From Archangium sp. (lineage in GTDB: Bacteria; Myxococcota; Myxococcia; Myxococcales; Myxococcaceae): a stretch of DNA of 14,126 nt. The position numbers were made by a program, and so were the translations under genes. The notes under the pieces were generated by a model. The model saw nothing but the letters and a program-made list of their open reading frames with translations. It was not told the DNA's origin and made no database searches. Where the stretch lies: the NCBI GenBank assembly GCA_031367385.1, contig JANLPS010000424.1:1-14126 (forward strand), given 5' to 3'. This document shows, piece by piece, positions 1 through 9,051 of this stretch; position 1 is the stretch's first letter; the number at the start of each line of letters is the position of its first letter.

Positions 1-825
1 CGAAACATTCTGGCCATCGCGAAGAAAGAGCTGACCGTTTACCTGACCACGCCAATGGCGTGGATCGTGTTCACCTTCGTCTCGTTTCTGACCTCGTGGT
101 TCTTCATCGGCTTGTTGATGGGCTTCAAAGAGGTGCACGAGCGAATGCGAATGATGCAGGTCTCGTGGGACCAGGTGCCTGCCGACTACCAGGCGTTTCG
201 CAACCTGACCGAGGGCGTGATCGTCAACCTCTGGGGCTCGATGCTGGTGGTCACCCTCTTCGTCTGCCCCTTCTTGTCGATGCGCTTGTTCGCTGAAGAG
301 CGGCGGCAGAAGACGTTCGAGCTGTTGATGACGACTCCGGTTCGCTCAAGCGAAATCGTGCTCGGCAAATACCTTGGGGCGATCGGCATCGTCGCCGCGA
401 CCATCGGCGTCACCATCGTGTACCCGGTCATCTTGAGCGTCTTCGGCGCCTCGTGGAACCCCGCGACAATGGAGGCCAAGCCCACCCTCGAATGGAGCAC
501 CGTGCTGCTCGGCTACGGCGCCTTGCTCCTCTTCGGAGCCACCTGCATGTCGATCGGTATGTTCATCAGCTCGCTGACCGACTCGCAGATGGTCGCGGCG
601 ATCGTCGCGCTGGTCATTTCGCTGGTGTGGATGCTGGTACGCATCGTCGCGCCGAACGCCGAGGAGCCGGTGCGCTCGATTCTCGCGTACCTGAGCTTCG
701 ATTCGCAGCTGCAGAACATGATGAAAGGTGTGCTCGAGCTCAAACCGTTGGTCTTTTTCTCGAGCGTGATTCTGGTCTTCTTGCTGCTCACGCATCGCTC
801 TGTCGAAGCCCGCCGGTGGACCTAA
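1..825 (+). CDS. ABC-2 type transporter permease (GldF-like), 5' end just outside window
   Basis: Frame 1 is open from base 1 (RNILAIAKKELTVYLTTPMAW), a typical ABC-2 permease N-terminus, so the true start lies just upstream of the window. Contains 'SMRLFAEERRQKTFELLMTTPVRSSEIVLGKYLG' and multiple TM helices. Stop TAA 823-825. Confidence 0.92.
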   Translation, partial: RNILAIAKKELTVYLTTPMAWIVFTFVSFLTSWFFIGLLMGFKEVHERMRMMQVSWDQVPADYQAFRNLTEGVIVNLWGSMLVVTLFVCPFLSMRLFAEERRQKTFELLMTTPVRSSEIVLGKYLGAIGIVAATIGVTIVYPVILSVFGASWNPATMEAKPTLEWSTVLLGYGALLLFGATCMSIGMFISSLTDSQMVAAIVALVISLVWMLVRIVAPNAEEPVRSILAYLSFDSQLQNMMKGVLELKPLVFFSSVILVFLLLTHRSVEARRWT

Positions 826-828
826 AAG

Positions 829-2376
829 ATGATGAAAACACTCGGCAAAGTGGCAGGCGGTATCGGGTTGTTGCTCACCCTCACCTCGTTCGTGACGATT
901 TTCGTCGCGACGCCGACGGCGTTCTTCGTGAAGCTCGGCGTTGGCATCGCGATGCTCGTTTTCTGGGGAGTCACCAACGGCGAGCGGCTGGCCCAGTGGA
1001 CACGGTCGGTCTTCTTCTTCGGCTCGTCAGCGGTGATCGGCATTCTCTTCGTCGGCCTGCTGGTCGCGGCGAACTACATCGTCGCCAAGCGCGGCAAGAC
1101 GTGGGACCTGACCGACAAGAAGCTCTATTCGCTCTCGCAGCAGACCATCGACACGCTCAAAGAGCTCAAAGAACCGGTCAAGGCGATCGTCTTCATCTCT
1201 GGCCCCGCGCCCGACACCATCGACAACTTGTTCAGCCGCTATGCCGAGCTGACCGACAAGCTCAGCTACGAGATCAAAGACCCGCGCAAGACGCCCGATT
1301 TGACGAAGCTGTACAACATCAAAGACGTGCAAGCGGTCGCGGTGCTGGTGCGCGGCGAGTCGCATACCACTGCGAACCTGGGCGCCCTCGCCACCGCCGG
1401 GCAAGGCGAGCAAGAGCTCACCAATGCGTTGATTCGGCTCAACAAAGTCGGCGAGCAGCGCGTGTACTTCATCGAAGGTCACGGCGAATGGCCGCTCGAG
1501 GCCGATGAGAAGAACCCCGACAGCGCGATTTCGTCGCTGCAGAAAATGAAGGTGAGCCTCATCGCCGAAGGGTACTCGCCTGAGCAGCTCAACCTCGCGC
1601 AGAGCAACGCCATACCCACCGATGCGACGACGGTCGTCATCGCCGGCGCGAAGACGGCCTTTCAACCCAACGAGAAGAAGCTGCTCGAGACCTTTCTCGA
1701 AGAGGGCGGCCGCCTGATGTACTTCGCAGACCCCCAGGTCGAGCCCGGCCTCGACCCGCTGCTGGCGAAGTACGGTGTTCAGCTCGACGACGGCATGGTG
1801 GCCGACCCGCGCATCAGCCCCGAGCAGCCGTATTTGGTGGTCGCTCCGTTCTTGGGAGACCACCCCATCGTCAACCCGCTCAAGGGCGCGAAGACCAACC
1901 TGCTCTTCCCCATGTCACGGGCGCTGACGCAGCTGCGTGAAGGGGTGGCCCAGGGCACGGTGGTCGCTCCGTTGGCGCTGACGACGCCGAATGCCTGGGT
2001 CGAGACGAAGATCTCCGAAGACCCGTCGCTCGACATGGGCGAGAAGAGCGGTCAATTGCCGTTGGCGATGGCGGTCACGCGTGAATCGCCGTCGTCGAAG
2101 CGCAGCACCGAGACCCGCGTGGTGGTGTTCGGTACCTCGCAGCTGCTCAATGGAGCCTGGGCCTATGAGCCCAACCGCAACCTGGTGCTCAACGCGCTTG
2201 GCTGGGCTTCGAACCAGCCGAAGAAGCTGACGATTCGGCCGCCAGACCGAGAGATCTCGACCCTCGACATCGACGAGCCCCGGCTGGCCACGGTGCGCCT
2301 GGTCTCGATGGACCTGTTGCCGATGTTGCTGATCGGCGTCGGCCTGACGATTTGGGTCACGAGGCGGTCGCGATGA
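829..2376 (+). CDS. GldG-family / ABC-type uncharacterized transport auxiliary component
   Basis: N-terminal TM helices, 'WDLTDKKLYSLSQQT', 'EQELTNAL', 'VYFIEGHGE', 'NRNLVLNALGW', C-terminal TM anchor. Starts 3 nt after the permease stop. Confidence 0.9.
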   Translation: MMKTLGKVAGGIGLLLTLTSFVTIFVATPTAFFVKLGVGIAMLVFWGVTNGERLAQWTRSVFFFGSSAVIGILFVGLLVAANYIVAKRGKTWDLTDKKLYSLSQQTIDTLKELKEPVKAIVFISGPAPDTIDNLFSRYAELTDKLSYEIKDPRKTPDLTKLYNIKDVQAVAVLVRGESHTTANLGALATAGQGEQELTNALIRLNKVGEQRVYFIEGHGEWPLEADEKNPDSAISSLQKMKVSLIAEGYSPEQLNLAQSNAIPTDATTVVIAGAKTAFQPNEKKLLETFLEEGGRLMYFADPQVEPGLDPLLAKYGVQLDDGMVADPRISPEQPYLVVAPFLGDHPIVNPLKGAKTNLLFPMSRALTQLREGVAQGTVVAPLALTTPNAWVETKISEDPSLDMGEKSGQLPLAMAVTRESPSSKRSTETRVVVFGTSQLLNGAWAYEPNRNLVLNALGWASNQPKKLTIRPPDREISTLDIDEPRLATVRLVSMDLLPMLLIGVGLTIWVTRRSR

Positions 2377-3812
2377 ATCAGAGCACCAAGATGATGGCTC
2401 AGCTGGGAGCCCTGGTGCTCGTCGCCGCGGGGCTCGGCGGGTACGCGTACTTCGGCGTGTTCAAGAAAGACCAGGCCCAGACGCAGAAGAAGGCGATTGA
2501 AGAGAAGCTCTTCGCCACGGCGAAGGTGGGTGACGCTCCGGTGCTCGATGGGGGTGAGCTCAAAACCGAGTTCACGCGCTTGTCGGTGTCGACCAAAGAC
2601 CAGACCACCGTGCTCGAGCGAGAAGTCGGAGGCCAATGGCGCATCGTCAGCCCGGTGAAGACCGACGTCGATGCCCTGGTGGTCGACGCGCTCACCAGCC
2701 AGCTGCAGCAAGCCAAGTTCAAGTCGACGCTCGATGAGAACCCCAGTGAGGCTGACCTGGTGAAATACGGGCTGACGCCGCCCGAGTTCGCAGTCGAGGC
2801 AACGGCGCGAGTGGGTGCTTCGGGTGAGGCGCGCTCGGTGAAGCTCGAGGGCGGCATCGAAAACACTTTCGACGGCTCGATCTACATGCGGCGCGATGGG
2901 CAGAAGGCCGTCTACCTCGCTGAAGGCGGCGTGCGCTGGTCGCTCGCCAAGACGACCTTCGATTTGCGAAAGAAAGAGATCCTCGGGCTCGATGAGGGGC
3001 AGCTCAAGGCCATCGACGTCGTCGCAAAGGCCAATTCGTACCGGCTCGAACGCACCGCTGAGCAGGGGTGGCAAGTGGTCAAGCCCGCGGCGTCTGCGGC
3101 CGATGCGACGGTCGTGGCCGGCATGGTCGGTCAGCTCAAGGCGGTGAAGGCGACGCGGTTTCTGCCTGAGGCGACTGCGATGGTGGTGACCACGACGGCG
3201 GTGTTCACAACGACCGAGGGCCAGACGGTGAAGCTCGAGCTGGGCAAGGCTGCTGCTGATGCCGGCACTGGTGGGTACGCCAGACGCAGCGACGAGCGGG
3301 GCACGGTGGTCGCGGAGATCGCGGCTGCACAGGTGACCAACCTCGATCGCAACCCGCTCGACTTTCGCGACAAGACCATCGTGACGTTCAAGAAAGAGCT
3401 CGTCACCCGGCTGCAGTTTCACGGCGCCGACGGCCAAGAATTCTCGGTCGTGCAAGAGCCCAGCACCGCCGGCATCGCTTCGTGGAGCGTCACCGGCGCA
3501 CGGTCGGGCCCCGCCAAGACGTTCAAAGTGACCAGCGTGTTGTGGGTGCTCAGCACGTTCAAGGGCAGCGCCTTTGCTGATGACAAGGTGATGAACACCG
3601 GGCTCGACGCGAAGGCCAGGTTCATTGCGCTCTTCGGCGCTGACGGAGCGGAGCTGGCCCGCTTCACCATCGGCCGCGAAGTGCCGGGCAAGGTGAACAT
3701 CTTCTACGTGAAGGGCACGCGGCCCCAGGTGATCGAGGTCGATGGGTCGCGCTTCAACGAGCTGCCGTCGACGCCTGACGAGCTGCTCGAGGGTGCTGAC
3801 GCCGGCCGTTAG
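2373..3812 (+). CDS. DUF4340 domain-containing membrane-anchored protein
   Basis: ATG 2373 overlaps the upstream TGA (ATGA). N-terminal TM helix, repeated 'W.IVSP...D...V..L..QL' units, 'KYGLTPP', 'DLRKK/DFRDK'. This is the usual third gene of ABC-2/GldG-like operons. Confidence 0.8.
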   Translation: MNQSTKMMAQLGALVLVAAGLGGYAYFGVFKKDQAQTQKKAIEEKLFATAKVGDAPVLDGGELKTEFTRLSVSTKDQTTVLEREVGGQWRIVSPVKTDVDALVVDALTSQLQQAKFKSTLDENPSEADLVKYGLTPPEFAVEATARVGASGEARSVKLEGGIENTFDGSIYMRRDGQKAVYLAEGGVRWSLAKTTFDLRKKEILGLDEGQLKAIDVVAKANSYRLERTAEQGWQVVKPAASAADATVVAGMVGQLKAVKATRFLPEATAMVVTTTAVFTTTEGQTVKLELGKAAADAGTGGYARRSDERGTVVAEIAAAQVTNLDRNPLDFRDKTIVTFKKELVTRLQFHGADGQEFSVVQEPSTAGIASWSVTGARSGPAKTFKVTSVLWVLSTFKGSAFADDKVMNTGLDAKARFIALFGADGAELARFTIGREVPGKVNIFYVKGTRPQVIEVDGSRFNELPSTPDELLEGADAGR

Positions 3813-4522
3813 ACGAGCGTCGGCAACACTTCGCCGCTCTTGCCGGCGATGACCCGGTCGAAGCGCGACGCGTAGTGGGCGGTGGGCTCGATGTCGATGA
3901 GCCACGAGCGACCTCCCGCTTGGGCGACCTCGTCGACCAGACCCGCCGCGGGGTGAACGTTGCCCGAGGTGCCCACGGAGAGAAACAAGAGCCTGCGCCC
4001 CGCCGAGCGAATGAACGCGGAGATGCGCTCGAGGTGGCTCGGGTCGAGCATTTCTCCGAACCAGACGATGTTGGGCCTGATCGCCGAGGCGCATTTTTCA
4101 CAGGTGGGCAGCGCGTCGAAGTAGGTCTTCGAGTCGGCAAACGGCACGTTGCACTTCACGCAGCGCGATTCGAACAGCTCACCGTGCATCGAGATCATTC
4201 GCTGGCTGCCAGCGCGGGCGTGCAAGCCGTCGACGTTCTGGGTCGCTAGCAAGAAGCGGTCACCCAGGCGCTCTTCGAGCTTGGCCAACGCCACGTGCCC
4301 CGGGTTCGGAGCGACCTTGAGCGCTCCCTCGCGGCGCAGGCTGTAGAAGCGCCACACCAGCTTCGGGTCTTTGGCGAAGCCCTGCGGAGAAGCGACCTCT
4401 TCGACCGGGTTGCCCTCCCACAGGCCGTTGAGGCCTCGAAACGTCGGCACCCCGCTCTCGGCCGAGACCCCCGCCCCCGTCAACACCAACACCTTTGTCT
4501 CGCCGTCCATTGGCAGTGCCAT
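3809..4522 (-). CDS. cobB: NAD-dependent protein deacylase (Sir2 family, class III)
   Basis: TGAGVSAESGVPTFRG, TQNVDGLH, HG, two CxxC zinc motifs (CVKC, CEKC), RPNIVWFGE, VGTSG. FYSLRR carries the Tyr/Arg pair typical of desuccinylating class III sirtuins. Start 4522 or 4510 preferred over 4573. Confidence 0.95.
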   Translation of the reverse strand: MALPMDGETKVLVLTGAGVSAESGVPTFRGLNGLWEGNPVEEVASPQGFAKDPKLVWRFYSLRREGALKVAPNPGHVALAKLEERLGDRFLLATQNVDGLHARAGSQRMISMHGELFESRCVKCNVPFADSKTYFDALPTCEKCASAIRPNIVWFGEMLDPSHLERISAFIRSAGRRLLFLSVGTSGNVHPAAGLVDEVAQAGGRSWLIDIEPTAHYASRFDRVIAGKSGEVLPTLV

Positions 4523-4625
4523 CGCGGCGCGCAGCGTAGTGGTGCCTCGGGCTTCGCGCTGGCGAACCTGCAAGAAGAACGTTAAACGACTGAGATCACG
4601 GTGCTTTCTCGCGGCTCGAGCTCAC

Positions 4626-5438
4626 ATGTCAGACCCTTTTGATACTCCTGGCGGCATGACGCAGGCGTATTCAATTCAAGAGGTCGCGGGCCTCATGCAG
4701 GTGACGCTCGAGCGCGCCCGCGAGCTGAGCGCGATCGTCTGGCCCGAGGGCCGCGAGCTGTTTCGCTTTCAAGACATCGTGTTGCTGCGCACGGCGAAGA
4801 GCCTGGCCGACCGGCGCGTGACCAAGGCCCGCATCGCCACGGCCCTGGCCCGGGTGCGTGAAGAGCTGCCACCCGAGCGGCCCCTGTCGTCGGTGGTGAT
4901 GCAGCACGAAGGCCGTGAAATCGTCGTCGGCCAAGGCGCCGAGAAGTGGAATGCGGAGTCAGGCCAAGGCGTGATGGATCTCGGGCGCCCTGCCCGTGGA
5001 GCGACCTGGCTGCGGCCCGTGCCCAGGCGTGACGCCGAGCAGCTGTTCGACCATGCGGTGCAGCTCGAGAAAGAGAGCCCGCTCGAGGCCATCGACGCCT
5101 ACGGAGAAGCGGTCGCCGCCAACCCGTACCATGCCGATGCGCACGTGAACCTGGGCCGGTTGCTCCACGCGCATGGCCGGCTGCGCGAGGCCGAAGCGCA
5201 CTACGTGGCCGCGCTGGTGTCGTGCCCGACCGATGCGACCGCGACGTTCAACCTGGCGGTGGTGCTCGAAGACCTTGGCAAGCCCGACGATGCGATGAAC
5301 CGGTATCGCGAGGCCCTCGAGCTCGACCCCGAGTGCGTCGACGCGTATTTCAACCTGTCGCGGCTGTACGAGAAAAAGGGCGAGATGATGTCTGCGATTC
5401 GACACCTCAAAGACTACCGGAGGCTCTCGAAGAGCTAG
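4626..5438 (+). CDS. Tetratricopeptide repeat protein with N-terminal MerR-like HTH
   Basis: 'YSIQEVAGLMQVT...FRFQDIVLLRTAKSL' resembles a MerR-type HTH. The C-terminal half has TPRs (ADAHVNLGRLL, ATATFNLAVVL, VDAYFNLSRLY). Start 4626 or 4656; the track start at 4371 overlaps cobB. Confidence 0.8.
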   Translation: MSDPFDTPGGMTQAYSIQEVAGLMQVTLERARELSAIVWPEGRELFRFQDIVLLRTAKSLADRRVTKARIATALARVREELPPERPLSSVVMQHEGREIVVGQGAEKWNAESGQGVMDLGRPARGATWLRPVPRRDAEQLFDHAVQLEKESPLEAIDAYGEAVAANPYHADAHVNLGRLLHAHGRLREAEAHYVAALVSCPTDATATFNLAVVLEDLGKPDDAMNRYREALELDPECVDAYFNLSRLYEKKGEMMSAIRHLKDYRRLSKS

Positions 5439-5442
5439 CTCG

Positions 5443-5823
5443 TTAGTGGGTCGCGAAGCCGACCAGGTCGAGCAGCTTGTGCAGGTTGAGCGGCTTCGAC
5501 AGCGTCAGCGCGACGCCCCGCCGCATGCCCGTCTCGGTCACTTCATCGGTGTTGTGCGCGGTGATCATGATCACCGGCAGGGTCGCGAAGGCTTCGATGG
5601 CGTGAATCTGCTCGGTGAACGAAATGCCATCGACGTGGGGCATCATCAAATCAGTAATGACCAACTTGATGTTCGGCTCTGACTTGAGAATTTCGAGGCC
5701 ACGAACCGGGTTGCCGGCCGTCATCACGCGATAGTTGTTGCGTCGCAAGAAAGTGCTGAGCAACAGCAGCGTTGCCTCGTCGTCGTCGACGATCAAGATG
5801 GTGCGCATTTCCCCCGGCTCCAT
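5443..5823 (-). CDS. Single-domain response regulator (CheY-like receiver)
   Basis: ILIVDDD acidic pocket, phosphoacceptor in TDLMMP, Thr in MITA, KP motif, no output domain. Alternative start at 5808. Confidence 0.93.
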   Translation of the reverse strand: MEPGEMRTILIVDDDEATLLLLSTFLRRNNYRVMTAGNPVRGLEILKSEPNIKLVITDLMMPHVDGISFTEQIHAIEAFATLPVIMITAHNTDEVTETGMRRGVALTLSKPLNLHKLLDLVGFATH

Positions 5824-5881
5824 GTCGTGGGCCTAGCATGAGCAGTTGACTTCTGCACTCCCGGGTCTGAAAGAAACGGTC

Positions 5882-6910
5882 ATGGCGCTCACCTTCGAAC
5901 AGGTCTTGGGTATGGGTGAAGAGGCGTTGGCTTCGCTCGAGCTCGATGAGGCGCTCCGATGTGCCGATGAGGCGCTGGGGCTCGAACCCGATTCGCTCGA
6001 CGCGATGGATTTACGGGCCAATGTTCTGGCCGAGCTGGGCGACTACGAGGAGGCCGACGAGGCCTTCTCGAGGCTGCTCGATCGCGAGCCGAAGAACGTC
6101 GCGTGGCAGCTGAGCGCCGCCGACGTGTTGATTCGGCAGCCAGGTGACGACCGGGACCGGGTCGAGGCTGGGCTTGCGCTGCTCGACAAGGCCGAGGCGC
6201 TGGCCAAGAAAGACCCGCAGATCTTCGTGGCGCTCGAGTTGCTGCGCGGCGTCGCGCTGAACCAGCTGGGCGATTGTGAAGGGGCATTGAGCTCGTTCGA
6301 TCAGGTGCTCGAGCTCGACCCCGACAACGACGAGGCCCGGCTCGAGCGGGCGATCGCCTTGTTCGAGACATGCCGCTTCGACCAGGCGTGGAAGGCGTTC
6401 GAACAATTCTCTCGTGATTTCGCCGATGAACCGTGGGCCTTTCATTACCTGGGGCTGATCGCCGAGCGCCGGGGGCAACCCAGCAAGCCCTGGTTCGAGA
6501 AAGCCCAACGGCTCGACAGCGCCGAGTTTCCGCCTCCGGTGGTGCTCAGCGACGAGGCCTTCGCTAAGGCGGTTGAAGACGCCATCGCCGAGCTGCCCGA
6601 GCACGCGCGGCCCCACTTGGCCAACGCGGTGGTCGATGTCGAAGCATTGCCCAGCGACGAAGACCTGCGTGAAGGCGGGCTGTCACCCTCGATTCTCGGC
6701 GTCTTTCGCGGAGTGCCGATTGACGAGCGAAGCCCCACCGACCCGTCGCACCACCAGACCGCGCACATCACCCTGTTCAAGAACAACCTCGAGCGCTTCG
6801 CGATCAGCCGCGAAGCGCTGCTCGAGGAGATTCGCATCACCGTGCTGCACGAGGTCGGGCATCTGCTCGGGCTCGATGAAGACGAGCTGTACGAGCGCGG
6901 TCTCGACTAA
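5882..6910 (+). CDS. TPR-containing zincin-like metallopeptidase (Zincin_1/DUF1025-type C-terminus)
   Basis: N-terminal TPR-like helices; C-terminal 'ILGVFRG...ITLFKNNLER...IRITVLHEVGHLLGLDEDEL' with HExxH. ATG 5882 (TTG 5846 alternative). Confidence 0.88.
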   Translation: MALTFEQVLGMGEEALASLELDEALRCADEALGLEPDSLDAMDLRANVLAELGDYEEADEAFSRLLDREPKNVAWQLSAADVLIRQPGDDRDRVEAGLALLDKAEALAKKDPQIFVALELLRGVALNQLGDCEGALSSFDQVLELDPDNDEARLERAIALFETCRFDQAWKAFEQFSRDFADEPWAFHYLGLIAERRGQPSKPWFEKAQRLDSAEFPPPVVLSDEAFAKAVEDAIAELPEHARPHLANAVVDVEALPSDEDLREGGLSPSILGVFRGVPIDERSPTDPSHHQTAHITLFKNNLERFAISREALLEEIRITVLHEVGHLLGLDEDELYERGLD

Positions 6911-6936
6911 AGCGAAACGGTGCTACGACTGAGCGC

Positions 6937-7031
6937 GGCGAAGCGCGTGTTCTGGTGAGCGCCGCGATCTTCAAAATCGCTGGGTTGCCGCGCGAGCGTC
7001 GGCCGGTGGGTTCGATTCCCATGCTTCGCCG
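6937..7031 (+). tRNA. selC: tRNA-Sec (anticodon UCA)
   Basis: 8-bp acceptor stem GGCGAAGC/GCTTCGCC; 6-bp D stem GTGTTC/GAGCGC with TGGT loop; anticodon arm GCGAT-CT TCA AA-ATCGC (TCA 6971-6973); long variable arm with GCGA loop; 5-bp T stem GTGGG-TTCGATT-CCCAT; discriminator G7031. CCA is not encoded (followed by TCA). Confidence 0.95.
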
Positions 7032-7109
7032 TCACGGTGGGAGTGCTAAATTCCCCTGTTAAATCATTGTTTTAGGTCATTCTCGCTCGCCTTATCGAAG
7101 CGAAAAATG

Positions 7110-7115
7110 TATATT
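7110..7115 (+). promoter_or_regulatory. Candidate -10 element (TATATT) for a leaderless fic transcript
   Basis: TATATT in an AT-rich spacer, 7 nt before GTG 7123, with no obvious Shine-Dalgarno in between. Confidence 0.4.
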
Positions 7116-7122
7116 GCGCCGC

Positions 7123-7947
7123 GTGAAAGAGCGGTTTCAATCGATCGAAGACAAGACGAAGCGGCTCAAGGAGCTGCTCAACCTCAAACGCCCGGAGGTT
7201 CAGGACTTTCTCGAGCGATTCGAAATGTCGTGGGTTTACCATGACAGCGCCCTCGAGGGCACGGTCTACACCCCGCAGGAGCTCGGCGCCGCTCTGGTCC
7301 CCGGCGCAGTCGCGGCTGAGGCCTCGCTCCTGCCCATCGTCTGGGAGATTCGAAACCACAAGAACGCCCTCGAGTTCGTTCGCGATGAGTCGAAGGGCTC
7401 GAAGAAGAACGCCGCGCTGACGATGACGTTCGTCAAGCGGGTGCACGACTTGATGTCAGGCAACACGCCCGAGGCGCAGACCGCGCGGGCCCTGGCTGAG
7501 CGCCGCGAGCGCACCGAGAAAGAGCTCGCCAAAGAACGCGAGAAGCAGGGCTTTCGCAAAGACATGCCGCTGCACCGCACCTACTTTCACGAGATCGCGC
7601 AGCCCGGCAAAATTCAAGGTCAGCTCGAGAAGCTGATCGACTGGACGGCGACCGCAGAGTTTCGCGAGCTTCACCCGGTCATGCAGGCGGCCCGGGTGCA
7701 GCACCAATTCATTCAGATTTTCCCCTTCACCGAAAACTCGGGGAAGGTCGGGCGCATGATGAGCAACTTCTTGTTGCTGCGCAACGGCCTGATGCCGGCG
7801 GTCGTGGTCTCGGTTGATCGGCAGAAATACTACGAGTCGTTTCGAGGCTCGCTGAGCAGCTTCGCGAACCTGTTGATGGACTCGATGGAGAACTCGCTCG
7901 ACAACGGCACGAAGTTCTTTCGCGATCTCTCGCGCGTCTACCGCTGA
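7123..7947 (+). CDS. Fic/DOC family protein with non-canonical active-site motif
   Basis: 'WVYHDSALEG' aligns with the inhibitory helix of class II Fic proteins; 'EIRNH'; 'HPVMQAARVQHQFIQIFPFTENSGKVGR' is the Fic signature position, but His is replaced by Phe. GTG 7123 preferred over TTG 7114. Confidence 0.85.
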   Translation: MKERFQSIEDKTKRLKELLNLKRPEVQDFLERFEMSWVYHDSALEGTVYTPQELGAALVPGAVAAEASLLPIVWEIRNHKNALEFVRDESKGSKKNAALTMTFVKRVHDLMSGNTPEAQTARALAERRERTEKELAKEREKQGFRKDMPLHRTYFHEIAQPGKIQGQLEKLIDWTATAEFRELHPVMQAARVQHQFIQIFPFTENSGKVGRMMSNFLLLRNGLMPAVVVSVDRQKYYESFRGSLSSFANLLMDSMENSLDNGTKFFRDLSRVYR

Positions 7948-9017
7948 TGCCCGCCGTGCTCGCTCGCTCGGCCATGCGGGTCGATTCGCTGGCGGCTCCG
8001 GCGAAGGTCGAGCGGCTGGTGAAGTTGTTCAAAGACCGCAAGCGCGCGCTGGTGTTGACCCACGACAACCCTGACCCTGATTCGCTGGGCTCGGCGGTGG
8101 GCCTGGCGTTGCTGCTCGAGAAGAAGGTCGGCGTGAAAGCCGAGGTCGCCTACGGAGGCATCATCGGGCGTGCCGAGAACGCAGCGTTCGTGCGGGTGCT
8201 CAAGCTCGACGTGAAGCCGATCTCCGAGGTGCAGGTCGAGGCCTACGACTTGTTCGCGCTGGTCGACACCCAGCAGACGGTGAAGAACCACGCGTTGCCC
8301 GAGCCGCACGTGGCCGACATCGTGATCGACCACCACCCGGTTCGCGAAGACCCGATCGTCAGCGCCTTCGCCGATGTCGGTGGCTCGTTCGGCGCCACTT
8401 CGACGATGGTGACCGAGTACCTGCGCGCGGCGCGCATCGAGCCGTCGCCCGAGCTTGCGACCGCGCTGTATTACGGCATCAAGGCCGACACCCGCGACCT
8501 CGAGCGGCAGACCCGCCAGCACGACGTCGATTGTTATCTGTGGCTCTTTCCCAAGATTGACCGGGCGCTGTTGGCCGACATCGAGCACCCCGCGCTGCCG
8601 GTTCGCTATTTTCGGCTCTACCACGCGGCGATCGAGCGGGCCCGGCTGTTCACCGGCGCGGTGATCACCGATTTGGGTGAGGTGTACACGCCCGACATGG
8701 TGGCCGAGGTCGCCGAGCGGCTCAGCTTCATCGAAGAGCTGACCTGGTCGCTGGCGTACGGGAGCTACCACAGCCAATTGTTTCTCTCGCTCCGCTGCAT
8801 GGACCGGCGAATGAACGCGGGGCGGCTGATTCGAGAGACTTGCGCCGAGTTCGGTGGCTCGGCCGGCGGGCACGGCAGCATGGCCGGCGCGAGGCTCCCG
8901 CTGGCGGGTACTCGGGCTCAGCGAACGGCGTTCAAGCGAGAGGTGGTGCGCAAGTTCAAGACGGCGTTCGGCGTCGAGGGCCAGCGGGGTACTTCGATCT
9001 TGTCTGACGAGTCGTGA
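7947..9017 (+). CDS. DHH/DHHA1 family phosphoesterase (NrnA-like fold)
   Basis: THDNPDPD (motif I), VDT, IDHH, GIKADT, C-terminal AGGH. ATG overlaps the fic stop (TGATG). Confidence 0.92.
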   Translation: MPAVLARSAMRVDSLAAPAKVERLVKLFKDRKRALVLTHDNPDPDSLGSAVGLALLLEKKVGVKAEVAYGGIIGRAENAAFVRVLKLDVKPISEVQVEAYDLFALVDTQQTVKNHALPEPHVADIVIDHHPVREDPIVSAFADVGGSFGATSTMVTEYLRAARIEPSPELATALYYGIKADTRDLERQTRQHDVDCYLWLFPKIDRALLADIEHPALPVRYFRLYHAAIERARLFTGAVITDLGEVYTPDMVAEVAERLSFIEELTWSLAYGSYHSQLFLSLRCMDRRMNAGRLIRETCAEFGGSAGGHGSMAGARLPLAGTRAQRTAFKREVVRKFKTAFGVEGQRGTSILSDES

Positions 9018-9051
9018 GGTTCGCTCGTCAACGACGGGTCCTCCGAGTGCT

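Noticed and set aside
2163..4094. 643-aa minus-strand ORF and other long overlapping ORFs (453-1508, 1027-1863, 7938-9167, 12238-13149)
   Set aside because: Shadow frames of well-supported genes in GC-rich DNA; Arg/Gly/His-rich with no recognisable motifs.
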